A DNA stretch of 64,000 nt from Penicillus capitatus (lineage: Eukaryota; Plantae; Chlorophyta). The DNA lies in NCBI GenBank assembly GCA_965649825.1, contig OZ287703.1:1111722-1175721 (forward strand), given 5' to 3'. Positions within the stretch are counted from its first letter, which is position 1. Each line of letters begins with the position of its first letter. The notes below the pieces were generated by a model. It saw only the letters and a list, made by a program, of their open reading frames with translations, did no database searches and was not told the origin of the DNA. The translations under genes were made by a program, and so were the position numbers. This document shows, piece after piece, positions 45,731 to 57,529 of the stretch.

Positions 45731-47567
45731 TTACACGGATTGTTCCAAAGCCTTTGTCACGGCAATCTCCATGTCCTGTGCTGTGAGGCCTTCTTCTGGA
45801 TGCGCCTCCACACGTGCAAACATTTCAGACATCACAATCATCAGCTCTCGCGGTGTCGAGATCTTCGAAATGTAACTGGAGAAGTCTTCGCCTCTGATCT
45901 GTTGTGGATGCGACCTCGCGATGCGTTCTACAGAGAAAAGAGACTTGCTTTTTTGAACAGGTCCGAGAAGGACATTTCAGATGTGTCTGTCGGATCACTG
46001 CCTTCCTGGAATTCTTCTTTGTCGCGCTCCGATCGTTGAGCGGCACGAAATCGGCGTTCGGCCAGATCCTCCAACTGATGTCTAGACCATGTTAGATCGC
46101 GCACGAAATGTCGATCGAATCGCGCCTGACAGAACGCACTCAACGAAGAACCCGACGGCACAAGATCTCTCACCTCTTTCAATGTCTTGTCCGTGCTCAG
46201 ATCCATACCGAGACGAGAATCTGGAAAGAAGAAGTGCACGCGGCCGAAGTTCAGCAGATCATTACGACAGGCCTCCCGTGCAAAGACCTTAACGGAATCC
46301 GAATAACGCACCTGAGAAGCACCCGATGAAAATGGTTTGGTCAAAGCAGCGGGATCTCGAGTATACGGGATCGAGCAATGTCACTTCGTCAAAGCAATCG
46401 CCAAAGATGGCGATGGACTCGTAACCCAGCAGTACCACCAAAGATTTCAGGCGTTCCAGTTTTTGATAGGCAGACACACCGACGTGCATGCTCCGAATGG
46501 ACTCGATGGAGTCTGCTGGTTGAAAGAGTCGACGGAGCAATCGACCCAACACAGAGGCATTGCTGCCCTTCACCACACGGACATGCGATTGCAACTCCTT
46601 TGCACGTCTGACCCCTGTGGCCTCCCGATGATCCAATGCCAGTTTCGCCACCAATAGGGCGGTGGATGCCAATGCTGTTCCATACAGCTTCTCGTGACCA
46701 CGGAAGCCTGGAAGTGTCTCGCACAATGCATCGTGTAGACGGTCTCCATAAGCCTTTAAGGAAAAATGCGCCACAACACAGCTGCCTTGACACACTGATC
46801 GATTTCAGATGAGTGGGGTGGCGACAGACCTGCCGTGGCGGCGGCGTATGCGGCTCTCGTGGTTAAGACTTCTCGATTCGTGTGCCACTCGGGTATGAGA
46901 TGCTTTCTTAGGTATGCCAACGAAGAAGCGTCCGTCCGTGCATAGAGATGTGCCATCACGAGAAACTGTGTAGCAACTCTTGCGTTTTCTCGCAGTCGCT
47001 TCAAGAAATCGTCCGATCGATTCTCTAACAGACAACCAACCGCCCCATGTCACACAAGTGCGGACCGAAATCGATTGGCTCGACTCGTATCCATGATTTT
47101 GTTGACCAGGTCGGTCAGGGCGTAAGACAAAATGCAATCCACGACATCCGCACCCGTCCACTTTTCCTTGAACTGCGCGTCCCAATTATCCAACTGTGCG
47201 CCAATGCACTCCTACCCGTTGCATCTGTCCAGCATCTGTGCGAAAAAGGGATGATGATCACTTGAAAGTCGGTCAGACACGCCGTCATGTGACCAGGCGT
47301 GCAGAGATCAACGAGGTAGTGTCCGCGAGATCCCTCTCTGGGCGCAGCATTGTACTGTTGGTAAGTTTTCTGCATCATCATACGAATGGTCGTCTTTCCA
47401 GAGCCTCGACGCCCAAAGAAGATGTATGTCGTGTCGTTCGGCACGAAGTCGACGAGATCAGAACGCATATACGTCGCATCGGGATGGAGCTGTGTCTTCT
47501 CTGCCGTTCGATCGGTAAAAGGATTCTTCGTCAGGCGAAACTGGCGCAGAAGATTGGGGGACGACAT
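45731..47567 (-). CDS. Uncharacterised P-loop NTPase, multi-exon, with two hydrophobic segments between Walker A and B
   Basis: LTKNPFTDRTAE, Walker A YIFFGRRGSGKTT, Walker B-like IAIFGDCFDE, late TPRELM; exons join in frame including a 35-nt intron at 46795-46829. Confidence 0.7.
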
Positions 47568-47676
47568 TTCAATGTTCGCGCAAGATGCAATGGATGCATG
47601 AATGATGGAGCCATTCGTTTTTGTATGTGTACAGATAGATAGATTCATCGAGATACATCCATCTCTCACTCTTTCT

Positions 47677-49078
47677 TCAGAAATACTCACAGAAAAGAAA
47701 ACGTTCTCGCGAAACGCCGTGTTCTGTCAGTTTCTTAGTGAGAAAAGTGGAGAGTGGACCGGGAAGTCCAGCCATCAGCACAGCACAATCGGCAGGCGCT
47801 TTCACCAGACCTACACCCGAAGAGAATGCCATCCAGCAGAGACCCTCCAAAGCGATGGACGGACTTGTAAAAGCGTCCTTCTGTTTGAACAGTGTCTCAT
47901 CAAGGCGTTCTTCCATTGTCATACCGCCTCCCGACGAATTCCCGCTGTCGGCCGTCTCATAGAGCGAGACCACGTGCACCTAGAGGTTTATCATGTGTGC
48001 CACGTGTGAACGGTAACGAGACGCATACGCCGTTTTCTCTCCATTTGTCCCACTCTGTCAAACAGGCGACAGATGTCATGCTGGGAGCCATGAGGACGAG
48101 CGAAATCTGTTGCGTTGTTGCCAGTGCCATGACGGGAGACCAGCTCAGAGCGGAACGCATCAATCCCATGCCGGTGGGTCCGTGACAGACCATTAGCAAT
48201 CCTCTCTTCTCCTGTAAACATCTGGACATCCAGAATCACGCTTCTTCGTGTGGCTGGCCTACTTCAAGAGCGCTCTGCAGACCGACATAGGAAGTGAAGA
48301 GGGAGGCAAATCCGCGTCCTAATGCCTGGGTCACTTCAAACACATCTCCCGGTGCCTTGTAGCCCAGTCCATGCTCATTTGGGTCATCCGATCGATCCAC
48401 AATCACCTAATGGAAATGAAGACCATGTCCATACGGCCGATTCCTGCACATGGTTAGATGTTACTTCCAGGATCGTGGCATCCAACAAGGCAGAATCCAC
48501 ACGCGCTTCGTTGGGCGACGATGTGATTGCCAAGAGCTTTTCGGCACCGTTGCTTGCAGCGTTCTGATGAATGCCCCGGACGCCGATGAACTGACCGGGG
48601 ACCGTGAAATCATCGATCCATCGTGGAGCCTCCTGGATCAGCTTCAGTTTACGACCATCCACATAATCCACCTTCACTCACACATCTCACACTTGTATAG
48701 AGAATAGAGAATATCGACATGGTCTTCGATACTCAGCACCAAGATGCGAATCGTGCCGTCCACCGAAGCTGCTCTGAATGCGAAATGTTTAGCGGGTCTC
48801 CAGGAATCCGTTGCGCACTTGTTCTCGATAACCGTGGCTCTGGACCACTTCAGACGACGTCGGATTTCCTGACTGCCCTCGAAGACACGCTGGCCGAATT
48901 TTGGAGCCTCCGACGTCTCTCCCTCGGATTGTGTACAACGCACGCATTCCTTAACCGACTTTTCTTTTCTCGGTCTCCGAAGGGGCGACGCTCGTAAGGA
49001 ACACGCTGCATATGGACGCTTTCCAAAGTCAAAGCGCGCGATCCGACAACGTGGCGGGTGAATGCGAATGGACAACAT
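47677..49078 (-). CDS. Plastid ferredoxin-NADP reductase-like (FAD/NAD(P)-binding, FR-type) oxidoreductase, multi-exon
   Basis: Transit-peptide-like start; FTVPGQFIGVR..LLAITSSP (FAD module); LLMVCHGPTGMGLMRSAL, EWDKWRENG/VHV, AVLMAGLP, LTEHGVSRERFL (NAD(P) module). Confidence 0.75.
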
Positions 49079-49275
49079 GTCTGCAAATCACACGTCCCTT
49101 TCTCAACGCATGTTGGATGAGCACGTACGTTCGTCATCATCACTCGCGCAAAATGCTCAGATGCAAAAGAATCCAGATGTATTGGCATAACACGCGTTGT
49201 TCGGTTGCAATTTGGACACTCCTCATTAGAAAAAATCATACTAAGCTGGCATTCACTCCAGTTGAGTGTCATCCA

Positions 49276-50756
49276 TCACACACGGTAGACGGATCTGAAC
49301 TTCGATGGCTGCGATTCAGGTGGCTTCTCCGGTTCGGTTGCAAAAATGAAGTGCTCGACGAAATGTTCGAGGTCTCTACGGAAGTAATTTCTCGCGCCTT
49401 CACCAAGCTCTCTGTACTCTTCCATATGCTTGGTCGAGAAAAGGTTTCGCAGAGCATCCTCATATCCGGAGCCCCGTTCTGCTTCGACTTGGAATCTCCG
49501 AAATTGACCCTCCGCTGCCTCCAGCAGTCGGTAAACCAATTGGAAAAGATTTCCTTCAGTAGCTGCGCTTCCACCAGACAAAATAATATCGAACAAATCT
49601 CCAGAAACTAACCATCCGATGCCCGATCCTACATTCTCAGAGAACTGACCGATCGCGGACCCGGTTCCAAGCGATATAGTGGCGATTCTATGGATTTCAT
49701 TGATGTCTCTCTCGCGCGACATGAAATTGATAGAATGCAGTGTTGGGTCTGCTACCAGTATCGCTCCATCAATGCACAAGTAACTCTTATTTGTCACGTC
49801 GATAGGAAAGATGTCCTTTGCGATGTGAAAAGCTGGAAAGGCGCTGCTGCCTCGACCGACATCTCGAATGAAAAAGTCCTCGAAGAAGATATCGAAGAAT
49901 TCTACTTCTCTCATGTCCGGCGTGAGGCGCTCCATCTCTGTTCCTTCAAGAGTATAAGCAGTGGACGAGTGGACAAGGGTCGCTGCACTGCGGGGGGTGT
50001 CCAACTCCTTGTTAAACGTGAAAAGTATCGGGGTTCTGTGATTAACATCAAAAGCATGAACGATCATTGATGTGTGCAGATCACTGAGCTTTGTGTCGCC
50101 ATAGAATGTCGTAAGCACCTCCTCTAGTCCCTCCTCCGAGAACACAGGCGCATTGATCCCTGGGATGTCCAACGAGAATCTCCAGCGACCGATACGAAAT
50201 CTCGGAAGGCGGAAACCAAACATCGGAGGCGGATAGATTTGGTCCCCGTACTCTTCAAAGAGAACATCGAGTCCAGCTGCGGCTCCAGGATAGATATCAC
50301 CATATTTCTGAATGATATCGGGTCTTCTAAAGAGATTGGCGACGGCTCCGTTTCCACCTTTGGAGGAGTAGTAGAGCCCTGTCCACGATCCAGCAGAGAC
50401 ACCACCGATGCAAGTGAAGTGATCGGCAAGCTGGACTTCGAGCTCATCACCGGATTTGACGTCTCTTGCCTCTTGTGGAAGAAGCTCAGGGTGCCGAAGA
50501 TAGTAATTCTTAATCTGCGCTTCGAGCTCTTTCAAGATTTGGTTCGTCATATGAAGACGCATACCGCCTCCTTCGATAGACAACAAGGTGCGGTAGTACC
50601 TGTCCGGCGGAGGCGTCACATAATATCTAGGGTCGGGAATCAAAGGTCTAAGTGTCGCAAAGGAGAATAGACAGAGATAAACCTCTTCTGTTGTGCGACG
50701 ACGCCATTGATGCAGACAACCGCCAGCAGTACGAGGACGCCTGACGGCAGTTTCAT
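49276..50756 (-). CDS. Secreted patatin-like hydrolase (paralog 2); join 50756-50683, 50647-49276
   Basis: Signal peptide MKLPSGVLVLLAVVCINGVVA; 35-nt phase-2 intron 50648-50682; EGGGMRL, GVSAG, DGA, SLGTG; spliced length 1446 nt. Confidence 0.9.
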
Positions 50757-51348
50757 CGTTGCTGTTCAGAACGCTCCAACGAATAAAAGCCACCGTGCCA
50801 CTCCAACAGCACTCAGACTCTGCACCACTTCGAGGATGACGATGGAATCAAATGAACGCTGGCCTCTCATTAACCCCAGGGATTATTGGCGGCTAGATGG
50901 CAGATCACTTTGTGATCGGCAACTTTTCCAAGGAATGGCGATAAGAACTCTCCTTCGACTGAAATCCTATGTCGATACAAGACAATAGAGAAAGCAAGAA
51001 CACTGGGAATGAAAGGAGATGTCACAGAAGACACATAAAACGCATGTAATCCGTTTTCCTTTTTCGGTGGGAGTATTGAGAACTCGAAGTCTTTTTGACG
51101 CACGGACGAATAGTCTCTTGCGATGCCTCTCAGTCTTCCGGTGTTCGAAACAGTCAGATGCCCAACTCTGATTTGCATCCAGGGGTCACATCTTTATTTG
51201 TGTTGCATACCCACGACGCATTTCTATCGAATACGAGAGGCATGGAGCTGCCGAAAGCGCCCACGAGCGGGGTTCTTCGTGGACACCTGACAAACGTGAC
51301 CGTTTGAACGATATCTGCTTTTCTCTGCGATACTTTCCACGTGCGATC

Positions 51349-52173
51349 TTAATGGTATTCTGTCAAGAAGACTGACTCCGCGCAAAAGAATACATTCGTT
51401 CTTGCCTTTCGTGTCTTAGAAAATACGAAGACGTCAGCATGAGATAATAAGTGCCAGAATCTCGACCAAGGGACAGACAACGCTGCCTCAGTCCAGCACT
51501 CTCGATGTATCCCGCACGACACGCTCATTGACGGCCATCTCATCTCCTTGACTTGATCGAGCGATGTGAAGCTTGACATTCGTCTGTCAATCAGATCTTG
51601 GTAATGTTGCTCCAGTAACTTCATCGTTTTAATCAGGCTATCGAGTGTTGTAAACTGGATGGCGTATAGAAAACTGTCAACAAATCGTTCGGATACTGCT
51701 GTGCGTTCCATCTCGAGATCGATTTGACATAGAGGGCTAAACTGTCGTCGACGGTTCACGCCGAACAACGAAGAGCTCCGTGCACAAGTGCGTCGCTAGA
51801 TAATTGAATAGCATGATCTGCCTACGGGTCGCTGAGCACTTGCTTTCGACGACTGTAGCCCTGAACCACTTCAGAAGATGTCGAACTTAAGGACTGCCTT
51901 TGGAGACGCATTGTTTTGGCCAGTTTCGTAACCTCTGATATCTCTTGCCGACAAACGGCACACAAAGCATGACATCCTCGACGAAGTGTTCCTACATCGA
52001 TCTCCAGGGAGGGAAAGACACTCGAAGAAAACGCATTGGACGAGAGGATTGTCGATGTCAAAGAACGCGATCTGATAAGATGTCAGCGTATCTGAAACGC
52101 ACGTCCGTTGCACAGAGACTTTCTCTACCCCCACATGAATGCTTACAGAAGCATGTTTTCTCATTCCGATCAA
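51349..52173 (-). CDS. Hypothetical protein or pseudogene fragments between patatin paralogs 2 and 3
   Basis: Two protein-like ORFs (51349-51768, 51871-52173) that could not be joined confidently; no family recognised. Confidence 0.25.
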
Positions 52174-52282
52174 TGGCTTGCTTTTGCAACGTTAAAGATG
52201 GCACAGAGCCGCAAAACGTTTCTTTTCCCCATGTACTGAATGAATCTATACCATACGCGTCATGCAGAACAGGATGGATGAC

Positions 52283-53749
52283 TTATGTGGCCGGCATGGC
52301 TTCCGGTTCACTGCTTTTGTTGCTGAACAGGAACTTATCAACGAAGTCTTTCAGGTCACCCTTATACTGCTCAGCGGTGATTTGGCCAATTTTCTTGAGT
52401 TCCATCAAGTGTTCGACATGAGTCAGGGAGTTCAGAGGTTCATCGTACCCCGAGTCTTTCTGAGCAAAGGTCTGAATTCTCAGAAACTGACCTCGATCGA
52501 AGTGCAACTGCTCATAAAAAAGGTAATAGAGGTTGGATTGCACGGCCTCGTTGCCACCGTCATATATGATGCTGAGCAGGTCTCCACTGAGTAACCAGCG
52601 CGCACCTCCGCCCACATTCACGGTGAAGTCTCCAATCACACCACCAGTTCCGAGTGAGATTGTGGCGATTCTGTTGATATCGACGACACTGCTCATCCCT
52701 AACATAAAATTCAGCGAGTGCATTGTGGGATTCGGCGCCACCAGTCCTCCATCGACACACTGATAATTCTTCGTCGAGTTGCTGATGGGATGGACAACTT
52801 TGGCATGGTGAAATCCAGGCAATGCGCTACTGGCGCGACCAATGTCTCGAATATAGAAGTCCTCACGAAGAACTTCAAGGTAGCGTCCCTCTCTCGAGGT
52901 CTCTTTGGATCTCTCTGTCTCCCCAGCGGAATGCAAGATCAGAGCATCACGCGATTGTACCAAGGTCGCTGCGCTGTACGTTTCTTTGGCTTCTCCGTTG
53001 AATGAGAAGAGAATGGGATTCCTCTGTCGAACATCGTAGGCATGGACGATGACCGATGTGTGCAATTCGCTGAGCTTCGTGTCTCCAAAGAAGAGTGTCA
53101 ATGCTTCCTCGAGGCCGTGGACTGGATAAAGAGGCGCGTTCATTCCGGGGAACTCTACCTGAAATCTCCCTGTTCCAAAATCAAACCTCGGAAGTTGCAG
53201 GCCATAGAATCCCGGCGGGTAGATTTTCTTTCCAAATTCTTCGAAAAAGACGTCGAGTGCGACGGCACTGCCAGCATAGAAGTTACCGTACTTGTTCACG
53301 ACATCTGGTTTCTTGAGAAACTTTGCGGCAGCTCCGTTTCCTCCCTTGGAAGCATAATAAAGAGCCACCCACGATCCAGCAGAAACGCCGGCCATGCAGG
53401 TGAAGTAGTCGGCCAGATGAACCTCGAGTTGATCCGGAGATGTCACTTTTTCCGTGCCATCCGGAAGATGCTCCGGATGTTCGATGAGGTAAAGCTTAAT
53501 CTGATGCTCGAGCTCTTTCAGGATTTGGTTGGTCATGTGCAGACGGAGGCCGCCGCCATCTAGGGACAACAAGGATTTGTAGAATCTTCCTCTCGTCGTC
53601 GGGTTCACGCAAATCCTGCGGTACAAGCATCCGAAGGTCGTTAAGTGGTCAGCCGCAAAAAAAAAACGAAACCTGTCGGGGTTCGCGTAGGAACGACACG
53701 CACACAGGATTCCGAGTAGGATAACGATACGGAACGCTGTTTCTTTCAT
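52283..53749 (-). CDS. Secreted patatin-like hydrolase (paralog 3); join 53749-53673, 53615-52283
   Basis: Signal peptide MKETAFRIVILLGILCACRSYA; 57-nt phase-2 intron 53616-53672; DGGGLRL, GVSAG, DGG, SLGTG. Confidence 0.9.
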   Translation of the reverse strand: MKETAFRIVILLGILCACRSYANPDRFRFFFAADHLTTFGCLYRRICVNPTTRGRFYKSLLSLDGGGLRLHMTNQILKELEHQIKLYLIEHPEHLPDGTEKVTSPDQLEVHLADYFTCMAGVSAGSWVALYYASKGGNGAAAKFLKKPDVVNKYGNFYAGSAVALDVFFEEFGKKIYPPGFYGLQLPRFDFGTGRFQVEFPGMNAPLYPVHGLEEALTLFFGDTKLSELHTSVIVHAYDVRQRNPILFSFNGEAKETYSAATLVQSRDALILHSAGETERSKETSREGRYLEVLREDFYIRDIGRASSALPGFHHAKVVHPISNSTKNYQCVDGGLVAPNPTMHSLNFMLGMSSVVDINRIATISLGTGGVIGDFTVNVGGGARWLLSGDLLSIIYDGGNEAVQSNLYYLFYEQLHFDRGQFLRIQTFAQKDSGYDEPLNSLTHVEHLMELKKIGQITAEQYKGDLKDFVDKFLFSNKSSEPEAMPAT

Positions 53750-54753
53750 GGTGACGAAGAAAGACCTCAACGAATGGCGACGGGCAAAGATAGCAAGCAG
53801 CTCTGTAAACGCCTCGGTCCGCAAAGAAATGAATGGCTCTAATCTGATATGGGACGGTTGGCTGTCTTCATGACGCATCAACAGATGCATTCTGTAGGAG
53901 GCAGCCGAGTGGAAAACGACCAGCTGTATGGCAACGCATCTGTGAAGGAGAGAACGAGAAGGCAGTCGTCGGAAACGAAAGGGATGGGGATCCGGTTTTT
54001 CCGGACGTACTTGGTGGCCGTGCGCTGGATGCGGTGTTTGGTTCACCGTTTCCAATGGCATGAAGAAAAAGAGACGTAAGCGTAGACGTCCGTCGGAGGA
54101 AGGTCCTGTTTCGGCAGTCTTCCATCGCGTGACCACTGGAGCAGCAAATGGTCTTTTGAAATGGGAACATTTCTGCGCCGTCTTCTCTTTGTTGGGCAGT
54201 AAATTATCGTCAGAAGAAGAGAAAGTCATTTGCCAGTGAAAAGCGATGGATTGTGCGAGTCAATTCTCACAAAGAAGCCATCCACGTGTTTCTTGAGTAT
54301 CAGGTGAGCATCGAGTGAGTAGCTGGGAGAGTACAATTGTTGTTCTTGTGTTTGATGAAACCATTAAAGCATCCTTAAGGCTGATATCTTCCTTGTTGGG
54401 AAATCGTTCGAGATGGTCGCGTCGCCTTCGCATTCGTTGAGGCCAATGAAGTCATTTTTCAGCACCATGCAAATATTGTCAGCTTTTTAAACCGAATGCC
54501 TTGTTGAGTAACGATTTATGTCCGCTATGTGGGTACGAACAACATATCTGTTTGACTTCAGTATGTGGCAGAACAGCAAAAACGCGTCCAGACAAAATTA
54601 AGAATCAGAGTTTTCAGGATACCAGCGAAAGAGTTCTAAGATATCCCATGGCAATCACCACTGTGTGTGGTTCTATGTGCATACAACGAAAAAAGTACAG
54701 ACGACCAAACATATAAACAACGCCCAGAAATCGCCATTCTATGATTTTTCATC

Positions 54754-56411
54754 CTATGTGTCTAGGATGTTAATATGCACATCTCTAATTAAATACTTCG
54801 CAATGAAGCTGTTCAATTCGTTTGTTTTCTCTTTTGCCACTCTCTCGCCGAGAGCTTTGAGTGTCTTATGATATTCCCAGCCCGCTATTCGACCAAGGGC
54901 TTCGACAGCATCTGCTTCGGCGCTTTCTCGGGATGCATAGAATTGAATTCTGAGATGTTGATGTTCTTCAAGGTATAACAGCTCTTGAAGGAGAACTTCG
55001 ATACTGGACTGTAGTGCTTCTGCTCCACCGTTGATGACCAGGTTGTGAAGACGTCCACTGAGGATCCAATCATCGACACCTCGTGCGGAAATCTCGTCGC
55101 CCAACTGACCGATCACACTTCCCGCCCCGAGTGATAATATGGCAATATCTGTGTTCGTTCTTCGACGATCTGTTTTGTATTTTCTCGTTTCGGAGGAACG
55201 GAGTAAGAAGTTCAGTGACGGTAGCACTGGATTCGGTAGGACCATGGAGCCATCGATGAACGTATACGCTGTCTTCTCCGGTCCATGAACGGGTTGCATT
55301 TCTTTGTGTGCGTGATACACGGGCAGTGCACTGCTGCCTCGAGCAATATCTTTGATATAGAAATCGACACCATCGTGGATGCCGATGCTGTCCTTAGATT
55401 TGTATCTCATGCAATCCGGCCGCGTAGACTGGGCAAAATTTGCAGTATCTATGTGGTATGTCTTATTGAGAGTAGAATCGGGGGATGTGTCACGGACATC
55501 TGCCTCTGTTATCGAGAGGGCAGTTGATCGCAGGAACGTCAGGGATGTATCAGCCGGTCGGCATGCATTATCCAAAGCAAAAACGGCGGGAGCTCCATAC
55601 TGCATCTCGTAGCTGTAGATCAAAACTGACGTGTACATTTCGCTGAGCTGCATATCACCGTAGAGTTCTTCCAATCCTTCCTCCAGCTCTTTTTCTGAAT
55701 AGACCGGGCAATGCCAGTCACTGTCATCTTTAGAAGAGCGAGCAGTGTTTTTTAGAAAAAAGTTCTTCACCTGATGATACACTGCTAGTAATGAGGACCA
55801 TGCATTGTTCGGCGGATGGAGCTCTGTCGAGCAAAACACGTTGACCGTATGGTAGATCTGACCGCCGTACTCTTCGAAAAATGCGTTGATGCCTTTGGCG
55901 CTGCCGCGATAGATTCCAGGGTACTTCTTTACGACTTCTGGATGATCAAAAAATCTACTATGTGTGCCTTCGCCTCTCGATGCGTAGTAAAGGGCTGTCC
56001 AAGAACCGCTTGATACACCAGCTATGCAATCAAAGAAATCGGCAAGGTGAACTTCGACTTGCCGCGAGGCAGATACAGTTGTCTTGTTCGTAAGCAGCTG
56101 CTCTCTATTTGCGTATATATAGTCTTGCAGTAATTCTTCGAGTCTGACGAGTACTTGGTTTGTCATATACAAACGTAGTCCACCGCCGTCAAAGGAAAGT
56201 AACGTTTTGTACTTTGCCTTGGTGCCAATGCGCTTCGAAACAAAGCTATGTGCAAGGAGATAGTTGGCAGAAGACAGGCAGATGATCATCTGACGCACCT
56301 CTGTTCTGCCTCGACGATGAAACTCAGGCAGATGAGCAATACGAATAGCACGCACGACTAAAAACTCCTTGTAGATGTTGGTGAACGGACCGGTAGTTTT
56401 GTCGCTGCCAT
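54754..56411 (-). CDS. Secreted patatin-like hydrolase (paralog 4); join 56411-56391, 56357-56299, 56245-54754
   Basis: Spliced signal peptide MAATKLP/SCVLFVLLICLSFIVEA; 33-nt and 53-nt introns; DGGGLRL, GVSSG, DGS, SLGAG; spliced length 1572 nt. First exon is less certain than the rest. Confidence 0.82.
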
Positions 56412-57529
56412 GAACCTGCGCTATTTCGCCAAGAAAGCTCGGTGAGTGTTGAATGTAAGCGTGGTATGCAGACTTTAACACCATCGATAGAGCATAAGAG
56501 TTTAATGTGCCAGGAGATGGTGAGTGGTAGAAAGAGGCGTGCACACGTGGCGGATGGTCGGCTCATCAGGTCGACGTCAAGATTATAGATCCAAGAACGT
56601 ATGGCAGTCTTCATCGCCGATCTCAACGCCGCGTCACGTCTGTTCACGGATACTTCAAGTGCCACTGGTATAAGGGCGACCCTGAATGAAGACGGGGCTT
56701 GGACAGAACGCAAAGGAAAGGGAAGACGTTGTGAAGCTGTCTGCCGCCTGGAGACATCGTCGTTAAGGAAGTCGTGGCATCGATGGATTTCAGGCGCCGT
56801 GTTCTCGAGAGCAAGCGTTCATGCAAGTTTATCGACAGCAAGGAAGGTCCACACTCGGCTGAGTTCTTGCTGTTACTTTTGGAGACCGCGCACGGCGAAC
56901 AAAAACATTGAAACACGACGAAACCTTTCCGTTCAACAAATCTTTCATCTGCTAACGGTGTAGATGCTTGGGAATGCCATTGGCGAACGATACATGAAGG
57001 AAGCGCTCCCACTATGAACAGCGACCATGAATGCATGCATACACACATTCATCTTGACAGGCGAGAGAATAAACATCATTTCTCCAATCATCAAAAATCA
57101 TGCACCCTCCACGGTACTCCAAGATGTGTTGGCTACAGGATGTGCCACCTTCCTGATCAACTAAATCGCTCATGCAGTCGGAATCACAGAAAGAAGTCGA
57201 CAATCGACGCTGGCTGTAAGTTATATCCACTAATTGGCGAAGAAAAACACGAGGACAGCACATACAGGTCATGTGCGTCAAAAACACAAAGAATAAAGCA
57301 GAGGACACAGATGGTGCTTTCCATGGATCCTGAGAAGATTCATGAAGCCGAGCACACCTTTCAATATTCCTGCATGTATTCAGAGACAGCACCAAACGAA
57401 GTCTGTCCTACGATCTTCTTGAATCCATCGGGGAGACGGAAGCAGCCACATGCACGAACCCCTTGTCACATCAACTCACCGTGCTCTTCTGGACGTACGA
57501 TCCTTTTGTTTCGCCTTTTGCTCGCCGCG

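Noticed and set aside
45731-49078. One long gene fusing the FNR-like oxidoreductase to the P-loop NTPase
   Set aside because: The oxidoreductase ends naturally at TGA 47677 after its NAD(P) module and the NTPase has its own ATG at 47567; a GTGAGT near the stop exists but no join is needed
56560-57480. ORFs of 120-270 codons upstream of the transporter
   Set aside because: No motifs; overlapping ORFs on both strands with no coherent splice pattern; the longest simply runs into the transporter's first exon
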